DNA of 60,668 nt, the filler included, from Sphacelaria rigidula (lineage: Eukaryota), in assembly GCA_964200075.2 (NCBI GenBank). It is 6 parts of 6 records of this genome, joined end to end, with 100 filler letters (N's around TTAATTAATTAA, not from the genome) between each part and the next. Parts side by side here need not be neighbours in the genome. Positions count along the whole stretch, not along the records: positions 10,130 to 20,158 come from CAXNAA020007296.1; positions 20,259 to 30,286 come from CAXNAA020007297.1; 4 more parts are not named here. One strand, written 5' to 3'. Positions 13,201 to 26,659 of this stretch are shown here, one piece after another (the stretch's first letter is position 1; every line of letters begins with the position of its first letter). Made by a program: the position numbers and the translations under genes. The notes under the pieces were generated by a model, which was given only the letters and a program-made list of their open reading frames with translations, did not search any database and was not told the origin of the DNA.

Positions 13201-13720
13201 TGTTTCTCGATTTATAGCGAGCGATAGTTGCCAGGACTGGACGCGCCTCATACATGCATTGGACGTGTGATTTGAGGCGCCTTTACAGGTTGCACCGCTA
13301 TCGCACCGACCTTCAGCGCCTGGCAGGGCTTGGGGCCTTGACGCACAGGTCGTTCCAGTCTTTTTGTCATTTGATGTCTTTGTGACCGAACAGAATCAAG
13401 CTTTGTCGAGAAAAAGGGAACGTCTAACGATTGCCGGGTGCAGCGTTTTCGTGTACACGTCGTTTGCCAGATGCGGGGTACGAAGTATGCCGTAAGCGCT
13501 TGTGCATCGATTGAATCAATACATTGTATCTTTCCAAGTAGTGCATGTGCGTCGACTTCATCCGACACGACTAACGCCTTCCTATGCCGTGAAGTGTGCA
13601 TCCCGAGTTGGGCACACGGCCCGCCACAAGTAACTGAGGCTAAAGTATGCTCACGTCTGATCACGCGTATCAGCGGGTGGTGGGTATGGTTTTGGTAGTG
13701 CTCGAATGGATACGGTTTGT
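10214..13720. repeat. Tandem array of ~446-bp units, with long (~600 bp, TG-microsatellite-containing) and short variants
   Basis: Anchor gatcgtggtcagg at 10250, 10852, 11298, 12193 and 12640. Diverged units near 13090 and 13500-13710. Confidence 0.9.
11372..11679. mobile_element. Sola2-like MITE, family 1 (308 bp)
   Basis: TIRs gagtaattctacgata / tatcgtaggattactc (15/16 match); GAG...CTC termini; perfect 4-bp TSD GAGT. The array unit resumes after it. Confidence 0.85.
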
Positions 13721-14342
13721 TTCGGTCAATCACAGTGCTCAAGTCTGAATAACTTGGTTGTACAAAAAAGTAGATGCCGTGAGTGGTTCATTTTCCTAGG
13801 TTTGGTCCATAGCGATAGTCAAACTAGGATCAAACCCTGTGTGCGTTTGCGCGTGGAAAGTGTAGCTCAAAGAGTGGAGTGTATTCCACCATGTACATGG
13901 TTTAGACGTTGAGCAGCTGTACCTGTGGAAATCATGCCCGCTTCCATCTATAAAACATTTCGCATAGGCCGACTAAGGTCAGGAAATTGGGGAGCGGTGG
14001 ACAGTGGATGCGCGGGTACATGGTTCGAAAACCTCGATCCATCATTTCCGTGTTCTTGGTAGAAACGTGAGGTTTTTGCACTCCTCACCTACTGAGCGTT
14101 TGCACCCGCCAGAACTTTTGCGATACTTTTCAAGCGCTCTAGCGAGAAAAATTGTTTCCAATCGAAAGCTTGCATAGTCGCTCGGACCCAGGTCGCGAGA
14201 AATGAATCAATTCGCTCAAATCAATTTCACTAGTAGTCAGAACTCTGAAACTGACGCTGGTGGACGTATCAAAGGTACGTTACAAGACTAGGAGCAGGGA
14301 CGTACACTGCTGTCGAGGTACTACTACAACACGAGTTGACCG

Positions 14343-14430
14343 CTAAGGAGAATACCGAACACATGTGATGGTCATAACACACCAGTGAGGCCGCCGAGCT
14401 TTTGGAGTGTTACCTCGAGCACGCGCGGCC
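14343..14430 (+). repeat. Diverged dispersed repeat, second copy at 18937-19022
   Basis: atgtgatggtcataacacaccagtga...gagtgttacctcgagcacgc versus atgtgatgactacaacacaccagcga...gagtgttgcctcgagcacgc. Confidence 0.6.
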
Positions 14431-15838
14431 GCTTACAGGAGGGTATTTAGAAGACGACCAATGCACCAAGCACTTCATGATGGTTTCAGGGCAATGTGTC
14501 AATGTTTCTACACGTCAATTTGGGGGCGGCGGGCGGAGGGGGCGTGCATGAACTGAGGGGTGTGCCAGCCCTTGGTAAACCTCGCTTGTCTTGTTTTGTT
14601 GTTTGTGTTTCGTTTACTTTACTGTATTTTATTTCATTTTAGTTGTTGTTGTTGTTCTGTCTGTTTTGTCTTTCCCTTCATTTTACTCACGTTCTAGAGT
14701 GTTCTGCAGTGGGTGCGTTCATCTGGTGACCGCAGCTAGATTGACAGCTGATCAGTCTGTGTACAACAACCAAGCAACTCACTGATGAACAAACGCACGG
14801 TAACCAAGGAACATATGGGTGTACGTCATTATACATCGACCAGAAGACCGGCTGACAATCGAGACCGTCAAAAAGCGGGTAGGTAAAACACTTGCCTGTT
14901 GCGTGGTCGGAACATGTCCGCAACAATCCTCCCAGCGACATGACTGTGGCTATCAGTGTAGTACCATAATTCTCGAGAATTCGTATTTGCAAACACCTCT
15001 AGTCTTATCACTGCGTAATCACGGCTCGACACACAGGGGAAAATGCTCAATGTATAATCAATGGGACGATTGGTTTCTCTGTTTTGTGTTTTCGGCACAC
15101 TATCAACGCGGCAAATGACATCTGGCTCATTGTTTGATGATTGGCGTTATGATTCGAGGGCGAACCTTTTGTTGCGGTCACTCATGAGAGATGATTGAGG
15201 GTATGATTGACCACGGGTGACGCACCAACTTTAGCTATAAACACTGTACGATCGTTCGGGTCTTTATCCGTGAGCGAGCCCACCCCAGTTCACTCGTTCA
15301 TCCGACCCTCTTCAGCAAACAACAGAAACCGTACGGTTCAAAGCTAATGAAAACTATTGCTCAGGGAGTTGGACCTCTCCTCCTCAGGATTATGTCTTGC
15401 CATCGCCGGTCGTCCCAGCTTCCTTTGATCGGACACTCTATGAGTCAATCCATCTTCGAAGTGTATGATTTAGGATGTTTGTTTCACTCGCATCTTGAGT
15501 AATTGGTTTTACCTTGGAGCAAAGCAGCTTGAGCAGAGCCTAGACCTGATCTAAAGAAATGCACACCCGAATCATACCGCGCTCGTTTGATTTTCTGAGA
15601 AGAACGACGCTCACCAACGCTTTGTGCCGAGATACCTGGAACCTTACGGCATCTCTGACTTGTAGGTCTAGCTCCCCGAGCCAGCCCCCCCCCCCCCCCC
15701 CCCCCGGGGGGGGGTTGGGCCCCCCCCGCGACAGGGCGGGTGTGGGTGTAAAAAGCCCCCCCCCTTTTCGGGCCCTTTTTNNNNNNNNNNCCCCCCTCTT
15801 CCCACGACCCCCCCCCCCCCCCCCCCCGCTCCCCGTTG

Positions 15839-15880
<42 letters not shown>

Positions 15881-17237
15881 AGGGGGCGTGTTACGTCCTA
15901 CCCGAGACAGGCGAGTTGTGACGTTCAAACGACGCGCCCTTTTACGGGCACTTTCTTGGAGCGAAGCATTGTCAAGCAACCTTTGTGTCGCTGAGTACTG
16001 ACATGAACAGGATCGCAAGAAATTTTCATTGTCTTTGGCAACATCTGAAGGTGGCTCCGTCAAGCAACATTCCGGTCGAACTCCCCCCCCCCCACCCCCT
16101 TTCGCCCTCCCTCCTCGCTCATACGGTGCGTGCGATCGCTCAACCCTTTTTCTCTTCCTTGTCTTCTTTTCGAAACGTCCCCCCTTTGTTTATTTAATTT
16201 TGCCTTCCCATGTATGCTGTATCAGTGCTCGGGCCTCCCTTTTGCACAATAAGTCGTTCGAAGTTCTTGCTCATGCCCTGGCGGGGACCTGCCGAGGATT
16301 CCCTGAAGACCATTCGAAGTTCGCCGTCTCTGTCAGAAGTTCTCAGTTGTTTCTCTCCTATACCTGCTGTTTCTCGTTTCGTGTTGTTTTCTCCTTCCGT
16401 TTCTTGTCCTTGCTTTGCTCTATTTCTGTCAACCGGGGGTCGCCGGGTCTATTTACCTCGGGGAAACTCCATCCATCTTGTTAAAACGGCCGGATCCGCT
16501 GCAAATCAGTTGATGCTAGATCCCCAATTGATCAATCAACTTATCAACCCATCACATACATGTACACGTCGATAGTGTGTTTCAAGCTAAGTAGAATGCT
16601 GGCTATCGGAAGAATCCCACGTATCAACCCAATAAAGGTAGTGTTTGTTCACATACTGAAAAAAACAGAACAATTTCAGTGATACCCTCTACAGTAAGCC
16701 GTCCCAGCAAGTGCGGCGTCCCAACCTCGGTGCGCTCGGAATACATTCGCCGCACGCTCGCGTTGTTATCGAATACTTTCAAATAAATTGCACTACTTTG
16801 GATATGTATTTTCATCTCGCACTTTCGATTTCATCCCTTCGTCGGGGCGAAAGTGTAGTCTCGAGGGATCAGTCAACGTCTCTTTCGGTACCCCTGCCTT
16901 GCACATCACCATCAAACAGTGAATCAGCACTCCCGCATCCCGTTGCTTACATCACACTACTTTGCCAACTCTGACTCGCACGTGTCGCAAGGTGGGAACC
17001 AGAAAAATAGTTATTTTGTGGGAAATCGGACCAGAATAATCCGCACTAGCTACAGGTGGTGTGCCGCATTGACCATCAAGGAGCGGCGGAATCATACACC
17101 GCTCAACTATGGCGGCCGTCACGGTAGGGGCGGGGCGGTCTCGTGACCAGCCGTACGAACCCGAGACCACGACTCGTACCCCAAAATCCATCACTACACG
17201 TAGTACCGTTTTGCCTTCACTTTGGAAAATGGCTCAC

Positions 17238-17477
17238 CTCTTCCTGGGTGTACGACCAGTTTTCGTCGTTTTCGTCGTTTTCCTCTTCCTCTTCCTCCTC
17301 TTCTTCCTCCTCCTCTTCCTCTCCGTATACACCACCATCGCCATTACCATCACCATCGCCATCACCACCACCATCACCATCGCCATCACCATAACCATCA
17401 CAATCACAATCACAATCACCGGCACCGGCACCAGTAGCACCACCACCGCCACCCAGGTCAATTGGTGCCATGTATCC
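17238..17477 (-). CDS. Putative phase 0-0 exon encoding a G/D/E-rich low-complexity segment
   Basis: Acceptor aacag|GGA, donor GAG|gtgagc, 240 nt open: GYMAPIDLGGGGG...GDGDG...poly-E...NDENDENWSYTQEE. No partner exons identified. Confidence 0.45.
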
Positions 17478-20071
17478 CTGTTCATGAGGGAGTATATCAG
17501 TTAATATGCAGTGAGGAGTAGCATCCGTCGTGGGTTGACGTCAAAAACACGGTAGAAGCAATATCTTCGGTGGTAGCAACGGATACAGTAATGAGGGGTT
17601 TGCATCGGCATATCCCACCCACTGGTCTTTGTCAATCGAAAGCGCGAACTCCCTGAAACCAATGCCCTACCGTCGAATGTAAAGTGGCAACTACTACTTG
17701 GACCTAGGGATAGACATGCCAATGCAGGTAAACCTGAGCAAAATTATCGGAGTCACGGTACAAACGAAGAGGGCACACATAACTCCGTGCCGTTGATCGG
17801 GTACAATCAATGACCGGGTACAGTCAATGCTTTCAGAGCATTACAGGCAGTTCTAATTGTTGTTCGTCACACATTCAAGCCAATACATGCAACTAACCGA
17901 AACGTATCGCATAAAAATATAACCCCAGTGGTGACTCACAGATGGCACGAAATCCGGTAGTGGTCTCCCACTAACGCCGCAAAGCAGGGCGGCTGCCCCG
18001 TTGAGACCTTCCCAGATCTGATCGATGTGATTTGCGGACCGGAAACGCGGGCGGGAAGGGGAGGGGAAGGGGGGGACGGGTAGCTGCAGCTCTTGGAAAC
18101 TTTCGGGCGCGGAATGTACATGGCACATGACTTTTGAGACGTGGTCGGTCTCTCCCCGGGCTGAGCAGTGGGAAGCTTGATGAACAAATGACTGATTGAC
18201 TGATTGGCTGGCTGACTGACTGACTATCGATATCCAAAGATCTGCCAAAACTCAGCTGTGGTCGCAAGAAAACAACTCGAGGTAAACTAAAAAAGGACGT
18301 TTAGGGCATCCAGCAGCCTTTTGCAGGTCACATTCTGCTATTTTCCGCGACTGTGCATGATAAAAAACGTATCAACATCGTGGGAAAACACCTGCCCAGA
18401 TTGGACTGAGCCTTCGCCTCGCAATAGCTACTATATAGTAGCTGTGAATGTGCTATCCCGGCCGTGCTAGCAGTATTCTACTTCAGGTTCGGAGTGGTCC
18501 GCTGACGACAGAGTCTAACGCCCCTGCCTACCATGGTCGCAAAACTCGTGCTCCCCATTCCGCCATCACTCTAGGACACAGCACGGCGCTTCGCGTTTGG
18601 TGACTGATTGCGAGCCTGGTCCGGCGGAGACCGGACGTTCTCTGTCCCGACTTTGCAGGGATTCGAAGTCAATGGTCATACGACTACGGTATGCAAGATT
18701 ATTAGTACACCCATATAGTCATCATGCAGCGGATACCTGCGTCTAAAGCCGACGCCCCCTGAAATCACTCGGTCGTTGGAAGACCCGGCTCCTGAATAGA
18801 TGTCGGTTTAGGGATTGGTTAATCGATCGATTGAATGTGACACAATGACTGTTTCTCGAGGAATCCAAGCTAGGACTGTAAATCGCGTATCATTATTTTT
18901 CAAATGCCTGAGAGCAAATTTCCAAGGTTGTGTTCTCTGAGGAAAATATCGAGCTGATGTGATGACTACAACACACCAGCGAAACGGTGAGCTTTAGAGT
19001 GTTGCCTCGAGCACGCCCGGTTGGCCTGTACCCCTACCGCTGCATAGTCAGGGCTTTACGGCAGACGAGGAAAATACTCGACATATCAAGAATGCCATGA
19101 TTGCTCCCTCTGTTCCTCCTTTACCGGCGCACATTCAACCAATCCCCCTCCTCGGGCAGAGTTTGCGGACTCACGTCATCAATCCATCTCTCCCCCGGTA
19201 CACGCGTTACGATTTGGTATCGCCGATTGGATCATGGCCAACACTCCCGGACCGGGTCAACTCTCGTCAAATGAACTATTTTTGCTACTCGTGCTCTAAC
19301 GCCTTTAACGACGGGAATCAGGTACTTTCGGTAGAATATTCAAATTCATCTGACTGAAATCAAATCGGCATTTCCCCGACCTAAAGGTGTCACTTGCACT
19401 CTTAGATTACGAGGGAGCGGTGGCAAAAATGGTCAGCCGTATCCAAGAGCGCTAAACAAGGACCACGCCGGCAGTTATTGATTCAACTGAAATGTATAGG
19501 ATCACCGCTGTTACAGGGATAGACACAGTTATCACGAAATACTCAGGGTGCGTGACACTACAACCGGCATACCATAACACTGACGATGATGTTAACGGAT
19601 AATATTGTGCTCGAACGCTTCGTTGAAGCATTTACAAAGCGATTATTGAAAGCGTCAGGCAAAGAACTTGATGATGGCGGAATAGTCTTGTTCGAAGTAT
19701 GACGGGTCTGCTGGTCCGACGAGGATGACATGCTAGTTTCCGCAATAGCCCTTCTTTGAAGATTTGGCCACCTGTAAGACATTAACCTTGACATAAAATT
19801 TCACCTTTGATTTGAGTCGGTCGAAATTTCATCTCACTGTTCAGAAACGAGGGCAAAGGGTGGCCACGTCCCCAGGTATCGACAGGTCTGGAGAGCACAA
19901 CAACATTTTGGACGGGTCCAAACCTGGTCATCTCTTGATAACTCACGTTGTTTTGCGGGGAGACTAGGCATATCCTATGCAAGCATCTTGCGAAACTTAA
20001 TTTAACCGGGATTAATCACACCATTTTTCACATCCCCGTTTCTTTCCTAAAAGCGTCAAGAAACATACGAC

Positions 20072-20158
20072 GAGTCATCCTACGATAGGGGGGGGGGCGT
20101 ACTCATTTGTTGCTTGCCTTAGTCATTTGACCATTGACCACGCATCCCTTTCGAGACG
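20072..20158 (+). mobile_element. Left end of Sola2-like MITE family 1 at the contig end
   Basis: gagtcatcctacgataggggg...gcgtactcatttgttgcttgcctt matches 11372-11450. Confidence 0.75.
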
Positions 20159-21179
20159 NNNNNNNNNNNNNNNNNNNNNNNNNNNNNNNNNNNNNNNNNN
20201 NNTTAATTAATTAANNNNNNNNNNNNNNNNNNNNNNNNNNNNNNNNNNNNNNNNNNNNCGACGGGTTTCGTCGGACCAGGCTCGCACTCAATCACCAAGC
20301 GCGAAGCGTCGTGGTGTGCTCGGCGAGTCGCATGAAGGGTGAGCTGCACCCTGCTAAGATTTTTCGGCCCGAAGCGCACTATCTTGGATTTGGATGACAG
20401 CCTCCGATGAGTTGCTCCATTTTCTGGTACCGCCACTTCCCGAGACAGCCACGTCTTGTACACTGCCTCATGAGTGTCTCACCATTTGAACACTACGTGG
20501 TACGATCATCCCCATTGTGCGGAGTTGAGGTTCTCTCACGCCGCACAACATGATCTAGTTCGACCACCATCAGGGTCACCGCAAAAACAATGCAAGCGCG
20601 CAAAACAAATCGATAACCTGGTTGCCTAGCTTACGCAGTGAGTAGCGTCCTTAACAGCGTCATCGCCAACCGACGTCAACCCCATCGGGGGTTTGTTGTC
20701 GTGAGGGTGGAGAGAACTGTCCGCAAACGTTAGACTCGTAACATTTAATGACAAGCCTACGACACCCGCACGCGCCGCCTACACGACGTACCCCCCGCCG
20801 AATTCACCACGCATTTTAGGTGTTCAACGGCAGCTAGCTGTGTGTGTTGATAACACCCACAGCGAGCTATACTGTACTTTTAAATATATCGTACTGCTGG
20901 CCGTGCCTCACGCACAAATATCTCTGATGCGCTTATATATATATATGCGTGACGAGGGCTTATCTTATGCAGGCGTTGTCTCTCAACCGAAAGCAACTAT
21001 TCCGAACCCGTGACAAAAAATGAGTTGGCTACGGCGCTCGGGTATCTGAAGGGTGTAGAATCGTATTGGGTTTCGTACTAGTGCAGTTTTACTTTTTTTA
21101 TAGTCGACCGAATGACAGCCCAGTCGTTTTGAATGGGCAATCGTTTCGTGCGGCGTGCTGTTTCTTTGTTTGCGCCTAC

Positions 21180-24100
21180 ACCCAGCGCCCGCTTCGACAT
21201 TTGACGCTACTGACCCAACGACGCTCGCCGAGGCATTCAACAGTACACCATACCCCGTTAGTTGTTTTCAAAACTTCGGTGTTGTGTTTTTGGATCATAC
21301 GGTCGGAAAGAGTTCCTGTGAGCGGATTACTTGCAGTCAGCGCACAGTCAGACAGTACAGTGCTGTAAAGTTGTATCATTTAGACGATCAGGTTATGCAG
21401 GTGTGGGTATGGGTTCAAGATACACCATATGCATTAGTGTTTCGTGCAAATGCCGCTCTCTTCAATTCAAATAAGCATATCCCGCTCTCTCGCTTGTGTT
21501 CAAATAGGACGGGTTTCCCGTCGTGGTATCCGCAACTTCGCCTGTCAAATCTCGACGGCAACGAGAATGCAGCTGCGGCTACCCATGCTGTTTGTAATGT
21601 TCGTCTTTTGTGTATCGATCCCGCTGCAATCACAAGTTTCATGATGTTGGTTGTTATGTTTTTTTCGCCGTTGTTCTTGCTGCGTCTTAGAACTTCGATC
21701 TGCTGGGGAATGACAGTATCGCGGAGCAGTTCCAACGGGTGTGCATAGACAGGAAAACCGCACTGGGGAAGGTATGCAAAGGTGTAACTGTCACGTAGTC
21801 CTGAAACTCATCGAACATAGTTGTGTTTTCCCGCCTGCCCCTCGTAGTTTTATTCCACTTGCTTTCCTATTAATGTTTGCTCCCTCTGAGGCCGCCCCCG
21901 TCCCCGTGTCGTCCCTATTCCATCCCTGATCCCTACGCAAGACAGCCTGGAGGCAAGAAATGTGCGCAGGGATACGGCTTGATGCCTCTCGAACGTTTTG
22001 CTATGGCGGATTTGTTCTTCCTACCGACCGTCGCACCACCGCGAAAAAAGAGCGGACAAGACCATAAGGTCCAGAAAGGGCGGACCGCAGACCCATGCTG
22101 CACTGAAAAAACTAGAGCCCAAGGAAGCCGGCACGATCAGTCAAAGATTGCTGCTCTCGCGTCCGGTCACATGTCCACCTTCCTCCGAGGGCTCGCGTCC
22201 ACATCTGATAGCCTAGAATACGCTGTCAACATGTGAGATATGATCGTTTGACTACCGGGCCGCTTCAGTTTGCAGCTAGGCGTCTGTTTTGTGTCGAACT
22301 TATCTGGTACCCTTCCATCTCACCCATCTGAAATACCGACTCGCATCCACAATCCGGGGTGATTGCTGTGAGTATATTGGCGAGGCTGTTCGTAATGGTG
22401 GGGACAGCAGAAGGAGTTTGATTTTTAAGGCTGTAAATTATTTCCAAGAAGTACTACTCGCGGTTCGACGTTCAGTCCCGAATGACCCGATAGCCTAGCA
22501 ACGTCGCTCATCGCCTCCTTGCGCTCCCGTTGCATCTTGAAACGTATTTTTGTCAACCACACAGAGACGAGTTTTTGCTGAGCAAGCTTCACGTGCGTTG
22601 AAACTTGTACAACGGCGGGTCAACGTACTGATGCAGAAACTGGAACCCAATGACCCATGTCCGAAGTAGGTAACCGCTTCATACCCTGTGCTGCCTTCCC
22701 AATTTTCTGCGCTGTGCATGATCGTGATCATCATCTGGGCCAAATTGCTATCATCGCCAGCCGAGGGGTCAAAACCGGCTTCGGCGGGCTTGCACTGAAC
22801 GGGTAAGTGGATCGGTCCACTGTAGTCATACTCGACTGCAAATGCAACGCTGCACCGCTAGAATTGAAATTTTATCGCGACAAATATGCGTTTGTACATA
22901 CCTAGTAATTCAAGTCTCTCTGAAGGCGATTCATCCCGCGGATTGCGCTTCCGAACCCCAGTCCGTTGGGTAATGATTCTCGGTTCGCTGTGTGAAAATA
23001 AAATAAAATAAAATATATAAATATATATATATATCGATTCTCCGATTCTGTGGGTGTTGAATTCTGATGTTTGACCTTCCTGATCAAATTGAGATGTGCC
23101 CAAGTAGGTGTGTACAAGACTTACATCTGCGTCTTCATGCACCTCGTGCGCACATGTACGGGCCTGTCACAATTGAAACAATAAGGTGATATATCTGGTT
23201 CCCTAACAACAAGCGGAGGAACATCGGCCAACGGAGTGGGATCCGAGAAAGCAATCCGCAGGATTCAATCGCCTTGAGAGAGGCTGAAATCTCCAGATTT
23301 GTACAAATTCAGATTTGGCCGCGTACAAAACTGCTGTAATGCCGTCCTCGTCGATTCGCGCTAGCGCATCTGTGGTTCTTGGCCTCACGCACGGACCAGC
23401 CCATATATTTGAGTGGCTACGTGGGGACTTGCCCCTTTCACTTCAACGCCGTCAAACCCCATAACAAAAAATGTAAGTGCTTTGATGTGCAACAATTGCT
23501 CTACTGTAGAGATAGATACACGGAAATGATGTGGCGATGTAAGCCCGCGTCATGTACATGCTGTCAGCAGGAACCTCTCCGTTGCGAAGGCGCTGAACAT
23601 GGATAAGGCGGGATGGTTCGAGACAATATCCCGCTGCGTCGACGCAATCACCCTCCACCCAGGGCTCTGCCGTGCGCCAATGGGGTAAGCAACATTTCAC
23701 TCCTGTTTAGTCTCAAACATGTCCTCGGTGGTTGGAGCACCCTTTCGTGAACACCTGTGAGCCCGTAGTGCTACACGGCTGTGCTCACCTCGTTTATGCG
23801 ATTTGATATGTGGGAAATCAGCATAGCTTCGTTTCTCTCGTATTTCCTATTTGTTTTGCTTCGCTTATCCCTTGAGCGCCAAGCTAGCCCATACACATCT
23901 GGGTGGCAACTCCGTTTGGTGATACTGCTCAACGACAAGTGCGATGTTCTCCCAAGACATGCATTTGACGGTGGTACTATCGATCCTCTCTGCGCGATTG
24001 CCGACGGGCTCGTCTCCACCCGACCGATCTGGCCGTTCAGGATGCACGCCGCTCATACGCTCGTGTCGTCATTAGCGGCAATCGAATCTCGAGACATGTA

Positions 24101-25468
24101 CGAACGCGTGAGGAGTGCTTTCAACGGGGTGCGACTTGAAGGAATGAAGCCAATCCCGCCAATGCCAGAGGTGGCGAACATTTGCGACCACTCGTACTGC
24201 AGGTGTGGTTGCCGTAGCTGCGCAATTTTGATGTGCGGGTATTATATGGTTATTTCGCCGACAGATATGCGGTACATGACTGTTGTCGTGGTACTAGTGA
24301 TTCGTGCACATGCTAAGCCACGGAGAAGAGCATCAACGTGTAGTTTTTCTACTTCGCCTTTTGAGATATATGGAGGTACAACGATGTGAGTTGAGTTCTT
24401 ATCTGGGGTGCCAAACCCCACCCCGCGAATATGTGCAAAATACGTGTTACCGGTTCTCAGCATGCGTACGTTTTGATCGTCGTGGACTTTGCGAGGGCTT
24501 TCGTGTCACGGAATGGCTTACGGCACACCAACACACCTCAAAGATGCTTTAATTCACCGCAACTGCCTGGCTTGCTCACGGTGCTCGATTCCCTGTTTTT
24601 GACCAGGGGGTACGCCGAGCTCGTATCGTTCGTGATCCGTCGAACTCCGGGCGTGCAGCAGCCTTCCACATCACCACCACACAAAAGCAGCGAGGCGTGC
24701 GCAGTACCCTCACACCAAGCAGACAATTTTTGTTCACGTAAAGACGCTGCTACACAAGCGCAATCGCCCCTCAGGGAGCAAGGAAGGTGCGCAAGTCCGA
24801 CAACCCCATTTCTCTCGTACCCACCCGAGTCAACGAGCAAGCCCATGGCAGAGCCGAGTTGGATCAGTAATATTGAAGGTTTATTACGTACCATCGAATC
24901 TACCCGCTCAACAGCAATGCCAACGGTGGGGAAGGATATGTACGCAGCGTCCACATCGACGGCACCTATGCGGGCCTTGGACCGGGGAGGCGACGCTGTC
25001 CTCGCTACGGGGGAGCAAGCAGTCTCCACACGAACGCTGCACCCCACCGGAGGCGAACATCGACGAGTAGCGGAGGTAGGAATTCATCAGGGGGGTAAAG
25101 CGAAAGCTGGGTTGCGGCCAAGAGGCTTTTCATCAGCTACATACCTATTTGAAGGAGACTCAACACGCACTTCTTGATAGAAAAGCTCTGTGCACTTGGC
25201 ACGTCGTACCAGCGCGGCATCGGACGGTGCACAGGCACAACATAGAGCATGTACCTATCGCGCAGAGGGCCTGATGCGGGCAGGTGAAGACATGGCGGAA
25301 ACGGCGAGGGAAACGTGGTCAGGGGAGTTACATGTCAGGGCTACCCCTGCAAGATATCCTCCTGTGAATACGCCACCTGAGTCAACGGGAGATGATGTGG
25401 GTAGCTCAGATACTGCATACATGCGGCCTCGGCAGCGGGCTTCTCCAGCTGCCTCAGGCGTTGCTGTT
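21180..25468 (+). pseudogene. Multi-exon orphan pseudogene of unknown family
   Basis: GT-AG exons with compatible phases: 21691-21771, 21946-22802 (stops and a frameshift), 23214-23472 (2 stops), 23571-23684, 23888-24202 and 24607-~25468 (TGA-TAG at 25175). Possible further exons at 21180-21590. Confidence 0.6.
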
Positions 25469-26659
25469 GTGAGTATTTGCCAAGTCGGCAACAGGGATTA
25501 CCAGGCGTAGGGAGAAGATCTAGGGGCGCTAACAAATGTCCACACGTTGGACAGACCATGATCCGTCTATAATAATGGTCCAAAAACACAAAATATGTGA
25601 CCACCGAGTCAGAAAATCCAAAGCGCAACCTTTGCGCTACTCGATGTGCTCCGCGTCCGGCGCTGTAGGGAAAACATGGAACAGCGGGGTCAAATGATTC
25701 GGATCATTATCCGGATCAGTAAAATGAGAGGAAGTAATTCTCAGACGGATCATTTTCTATCGACGTGTGCAAATGCCGGAGCTTCATCTACACCCACCCC
25801 TGTGATTCGTTCTGCGGTCCACTTGGTCGCCAGCCCGTTTCAAGAAAGACCCGTTGGAACATAGGGCAGGGTTAGAAGAGTTGCATGCGGCCCAGCGCTG
25901 GCGCAAACTTTTGGAAAAGTAGAGCTTAGCGCAGGGTTTTGGGAGGGAGATCTGCGGCTTGCCGCAGAAGGAAAAATAGCGCCGCATTTTTTCGCAGAAG
26001 GGAGATTTTTCTCTGGGACCTCCTGTGGGGGAATTTACCGTGTTTTTGTAGAGGAAAAGCCGAAAAAAAAACGCTCCGCGGGGTCCCCCCGGGGGGGGGC
26101 TACGCGGCTGGCGCCCTCCGGGGTCCCTCCCGGGGGGGCGCATTTGGCCAGCGGCGCTGGTCTGCACAAGCGCAGAAATAGACGTCCAAACGTTTTGAAC
26201 CCTGGTATAGGTGTCAGACCTCGTGGTGAGGTATCGCTGGATGTGTCGCAAAGGAGCGGAAGTGTTGGCGAGCGGCAAAGCGGTGATTTTATGGTGTTCT
26301 CCGATCGTGCTTTTTTATGACGAGTCACGTTCTCCTTGGGTTTCACCACTTCCACAACTCCCTTCTCGTCTGCTGTGCATGCTCTCTCCCTCTCCCTTTT
26401 TCGATACGTCTGTCCTCCCGGCGTTACGAGTAGCAGTCTACAGCCTTGCTTCCGTAGTGCTCATGGGTGAGAGCTCCTACCCAAATAGTATGGCTGACAT
26501 AGCTGAGTCTCAATCCGCTCCCACAGCCTCTTGTTTTTTGTGTATGAGAGCGTGTGCGTTTCGAGTAAGGTCTTTTCCAGCTGAATCCATGCTGCAGAGG
26601 CCAGCCATTTCTAGTCGCATGTGCGCACACCACAATAGCGGTTACATTTGGTGTTGAAT

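Noticed and set aside
15559-16063. Pro-rich and Gly-rich ORFs
   Set aside because: They derive from poly-C/G low-quality sequence around a 10-N gap.
23771-25047. Minus-strand ORFs 23771-24019 and 24538-25047
   Set aside because: They are better explained as antisense shadows of the plus-strand exons, which have pyrimidine tracts and matching phases.
25867-26204. hAT-like element with CAGGGTT...AACCCTG ends
   Set aside because: The candidate TSD matches only 5/8 and the interior is homopolymer-rich, low-quality sequence.
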